From: an uncultured Verrucomicrobiae bacterium
GTDB lineage: Bacteria > Verrucomicrobiota > Verrucomicrobiia > Chthoniobacterales > UBA10450
Assembly: GCA_963756875.1 (NCBI GenBank)
Contig: CAVWPA010000001.1
Location: forward strand, 64,001-128,000
DNA: 64,000 nt
Direction of reading: 5' to 3'
In this document: positions 61,675 through 64,000 of the stretch, piece by piece
Layout: every line of letters begins with the position of its first letter
How positions within the stretch are numbered: the first letter of the stretch is position 1
Translations under genes and position numbers: made by a program
Notes under the pieces: model-generated
The model's input: only the letters and a program-made list of their open reading frames with translations
The model's database searches: none
What the model was told of the DNA's origin: nothing

Positions 61675-62523
61675 GTGAATAACCGGATCGACAACTGCTT
61701 CGCGCAATTGCGCTCGGGCAAACGCAAAGGATTTATTCCCTACATTTGCGCGGGCGATCCGACGCTCGAGACAACCGTTGATCTGGCGCTGGCACTGGAA
61801 AAAGCCGGCGCCGATCTTCTCGAGCTGGGCCTGCCCTTCTCCGATCCGCTGGCCGACGGCATCGTGAATCAGCTTGCAGCCCAGCGCGCCCTGGCTGGCG
61901 GCGCCACCGTTCACGGCGTCCTCGATTGCGTCTCCGAAATCCGTCGCCGCTCGCAAATTCCAATTGTCCTCTACACTTATCTGAACCCCATCTTTCAAGT
62001 CGGGCTCGACCGCTTTCACAGCGAAGCGAAGGCTGCCGGTGTGGATGGACTGCTCATCCTTGACCTGCCGCCAGAGGAAGACGCGAAGGTCAGCAAACTT
62101 GACTGCTTAAAGCAGTCAAGTTTGAAAGCCGAGAATCATCGTGCCACCGATGTTGACAGTGTGTTTCACATTCGATTGATTGCGCCGACAACTTCACCCG
62201 AGCGCGTCGCGAAAATTGCGGCGACTGCGCAAGGCTTTCTTTATTACGTCTCGCGGGAAGGTGTGACGGGCGCGCGGGACAAGGTGGCTTCTTCGTTAGC
62301 CGAAAAAATCGCGGCGCTTCGAAAATTATCGGATCTCCCGATTGCGGTCGGCTTTGGGATTTCAAATGCCGAGCAGGCTCGCGAAGTCGCTCGTTCTGCC
62401 GATGCGGTTGTCGTCGGCAGCGCGATTGTGGATTTGATCGCGAAGTACGGGAACAAAGCGGAATTGCCCGAGAAGATCGGTGCGTTTGCGCGAGAGTTAG
62501 CCGGCGCAATCAAATCGGTCTGA
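61675..62523 (+). CDS. trpA: Tryptophan synthase alpha subunit
   Basis: ELGLPFSDPLADG, YLNP, DLPPEE, GVTG, VGFGIS, VVGSA. Confidence 0.95.
   Translation: MNNRIDNCFAQLRSGKRKGFIPYICAGDPTLETTVDLALALEKAGADLLELGLPFSDPLADGIVNQLAAQRALAGGATVHGVLDCVSEIRRRSQIPIVLYTYLNPIFQVGLDRFHSEAKAAGVDGLLILDLPPEEDAKVSKLDCLKQSSLKAENHRATDVDSVFHIRLIAPTTSPERVAKIAATAQGFLYYVSREGVTGARDKVASSLAEKIAALRKLSDLPIAVGFGISNAEQAREVARSADAVVVGSAIVDLIAKYGNKAELPEKIGAFARELAGAIKSV
62094..62124. repeat. 15-bp perfect inverted repeat inside trpA
   Basis: CAAACTTGACTGCTT-A-AAGCAGTCAAGTTTG. Confidence 0.8.
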
Positions 62524-62526
62524 AGC

Positions 62527-62616
62527 TGGAGGGCGCTGCGCCGTCAGCGCCTATGAATTGGGACACGACCCGCCTTCGCCAAGGCTACGGTGCGACAAGC
62601 GGCGCGTGTCCCTCCA
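62527..62616. repeat. GGAG-headed REP doublet with nested CCGCCTTCGC element
   Basis: TGGAGGG...GGGACACGA[CCCGCCTTCGCCAAGGCTACGGTGCGACAAG]CGGCGCGTGTCCCTCCA. Confidence 0.75.
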
Positions 62617-62620
62617 TTTC

Positions 62621-63397
62621 TTAGTCCGATCCGCACTTGCGCGTCGCTTCGGCGAAGTTCGAGCGTTTCCGAAGTAGCGAAGCGAGATAATGGTCGACGA
62701 CTGGCACGTCGTTGATGCGCGAAAGATTCTCCGGGTGCTGAAGCCGCGAGAAAATCGCGTGCGCGATTTTGTTCCGCGGCACGGTTTTCTCGCCATAACC
62801 GGCCGGAATGTTGCTCGACCAGTAGCGGACATATTCCATTCCGAAATGGCTTTCTGTTCCCATGAAAATACAGGAGTGCCCGTGTTCGTTTCGGCCAACG
62901 CTCCGGGACCAGAAAATTTTCATAAAATCACCCGGGCGCGCCTCTGTGAAATCATCGAAGTTTGGGCCGAGCCCGATCTCGTGAAAGAGGCGTGCGGTGC
63001 CTGGGCCGTTGGCGTTCCAGCGGCCCCAGATGCCTTCTCCATCGCGCTGGTTACGAATCATGAGTTGTTCGAGCGTGGCGAAATCGAGATGAAGCCGTCC
63101 GCGCGCGCGCAAGGCCTCGATGGTCCTGATGAAGACGAGATAGGTTGCTCCCGAGCAAAAACTCGGTGACGCTGCCGACGGCAAAAGGAAAAACTTTCCC
63201 GATTCAAAATGAGCGGCGGATTGCAGGCGGATATTCGCAAAATGCGAAGTCGAATAACGCCCGCCTCGCGGCATTTTTCTTACCTGTTCTAGAACAAGCG
63301 CATTGAGGTCTTCGGCAAAAACCCGGACTGCGCTAAATGCCAGAAGAACGGCACATGAAAACCCGATTACCCTGGACACGGACAAACAAGTAAGCAT
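62621..63397 (-). CDS. Secreted hypothetical protein, possible NlpC/P60-like cysteine hydrolase
   Basis: FCSG, RPGDFMKIFW, HGHSCIFMG. Confidence 0.7.
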   Translation of the reverse strand: MLTCLSVSRVIGFSCAVLLAFSAVRVFAEDLNALVLEQVRKMPRGGRYSTSHFANIRLQSAAHFESGKFFLLPSAASPSFCSGATYLVFIRTIEALRARGRLHLDFATLEQLMIRNQRDGEGIWGRWNANGPGTARLFHEIGLGPNFDDFTEARPGDFMKIFWSRSVGRNEHGHSCIFMGTESHFGMEYVRYWSSNIPAGYGEKTVPRNKIAHAIFSRLQHPENLSRINDVPVVDHYLASLLRKRSNFAEATRKCGSD

Positions 63398-63459
63398 CGA
63401 ATCCCCGAAGAGCAACGCCTGCCCTTGGATTTGCGACCAAGCTGTGCTAAACGAAAAAC

Positions 63460-64000
63460 ATGCTGCGCTTCATTAAAATGAACGGCGCCGGAAACGATTT
63501 TGTCATGGTCGACAACCGGGCGGGCGACGTGCGTTTGAGCCCCGGGCAAATCGCGCGGATTTGCGATCGCCATCGCGGTGTGGGCGCGGACGGAATTTTG
63601 TTGCTGGAAAAAGCGGATAACGGCGCGGATTTCCGAATGCGCTATTTCAATCGCGACGGCGGCGAGGCCGAAATGTGCGGGAACGGCGCGCGCTGTTTCG
63701 CGCGATTTGCCAATAAAGTTGCCGGCGGCCGCGAGAAGATTTCGTTCGAGACGCCGGCAGGGGTAATTGGCGCAGAGCTTCGTGACGGGCTGGTCACGTT
63801 GCGAATGAGCGAGCCGAAAGACTTGCGGCTCGGGATCGAGTTGGATGTCGCTGGAAACAAGGAGCATGTGCACTTCATCAACAGTGGGGTGCCGCATGCA
63901 GTCGTACCGGTGGCACGAGTAGAAGGGGTTGATGTCCGCGCCAGGGGCGCGGCCATTCGGCGGCACGAACTGTTTTCACCGAGTGGCGCGAACGTAAATT
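63460..64000 (+). CDS. dapF: Diaminopimelate epimerase (3' end runs off window)
   Basis: Manual translation MLRFIKMNGAGNDF, GVGADG, EMCGNGARC, NSGVPH. Confidence 0.95.
   Translation, partial: MLRFIKMNGAGNDFVMVDNRAGDVRLSPGQIARICDRHRGVGADGILLLEKADNGADFRMRYFNRDGGEAEMCGNGARCFARFANKVAGGREKISFETPAGVIGAELRDGLVTLRMSEPKDLRLGIELDVAGNKEHVHFINSGVPHAVVPVARVEGVDVRARGAAIRRHELFSPSGANVN

Overview
Bacterial chromosomal window, GC-rich and gene-dense. It is most likely Verrucomicrobiota (Chthoniobacterales/Spartobacteria-like); this is inferred from the PVC-superphylum small basic protein, a stand-alone SWIB protein and a PEP-CTERM protein. It is mostly housekeeping genes (rplU, rsmI, putA, dsbD, panC, nadB, aroA, cmk, grpE, dnaJ, rsmE, rnhB, rplS, rimO, ftsK, queE, trpA, dapF) plus tRNA-Arg(CCG). 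No CRISPR array, rRNA, integrase or transposase was seen. The most striking signal is a rich set of small palindromic and periodic repeat elements: GTAG/GGAG-headed REP-like doublets, and inverted arrays of 6-, 7- and 8-nt units. Several of these sit in frame inside conserved genes (rsmE, rimO twice, ftsK, waaF, probably trpA) and add peptide segments, in the manner of Rickettsia palindromic elements. A roughly 4 kb islet after the tRNA carries a putative sigma54 promoter with paired UAS boxes upstream of an SRPBCC-ECF sigma-antisigma operon, a frameshifted NtrC-type activator and several gene fragments. Also notable are a matrixin paired with a possible TIMP-like protein, an LpxL-WaaF fusion, and divergent RlpA-like and NlpC/P60-like proteins. 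All calls are by eye; no database searches were run.
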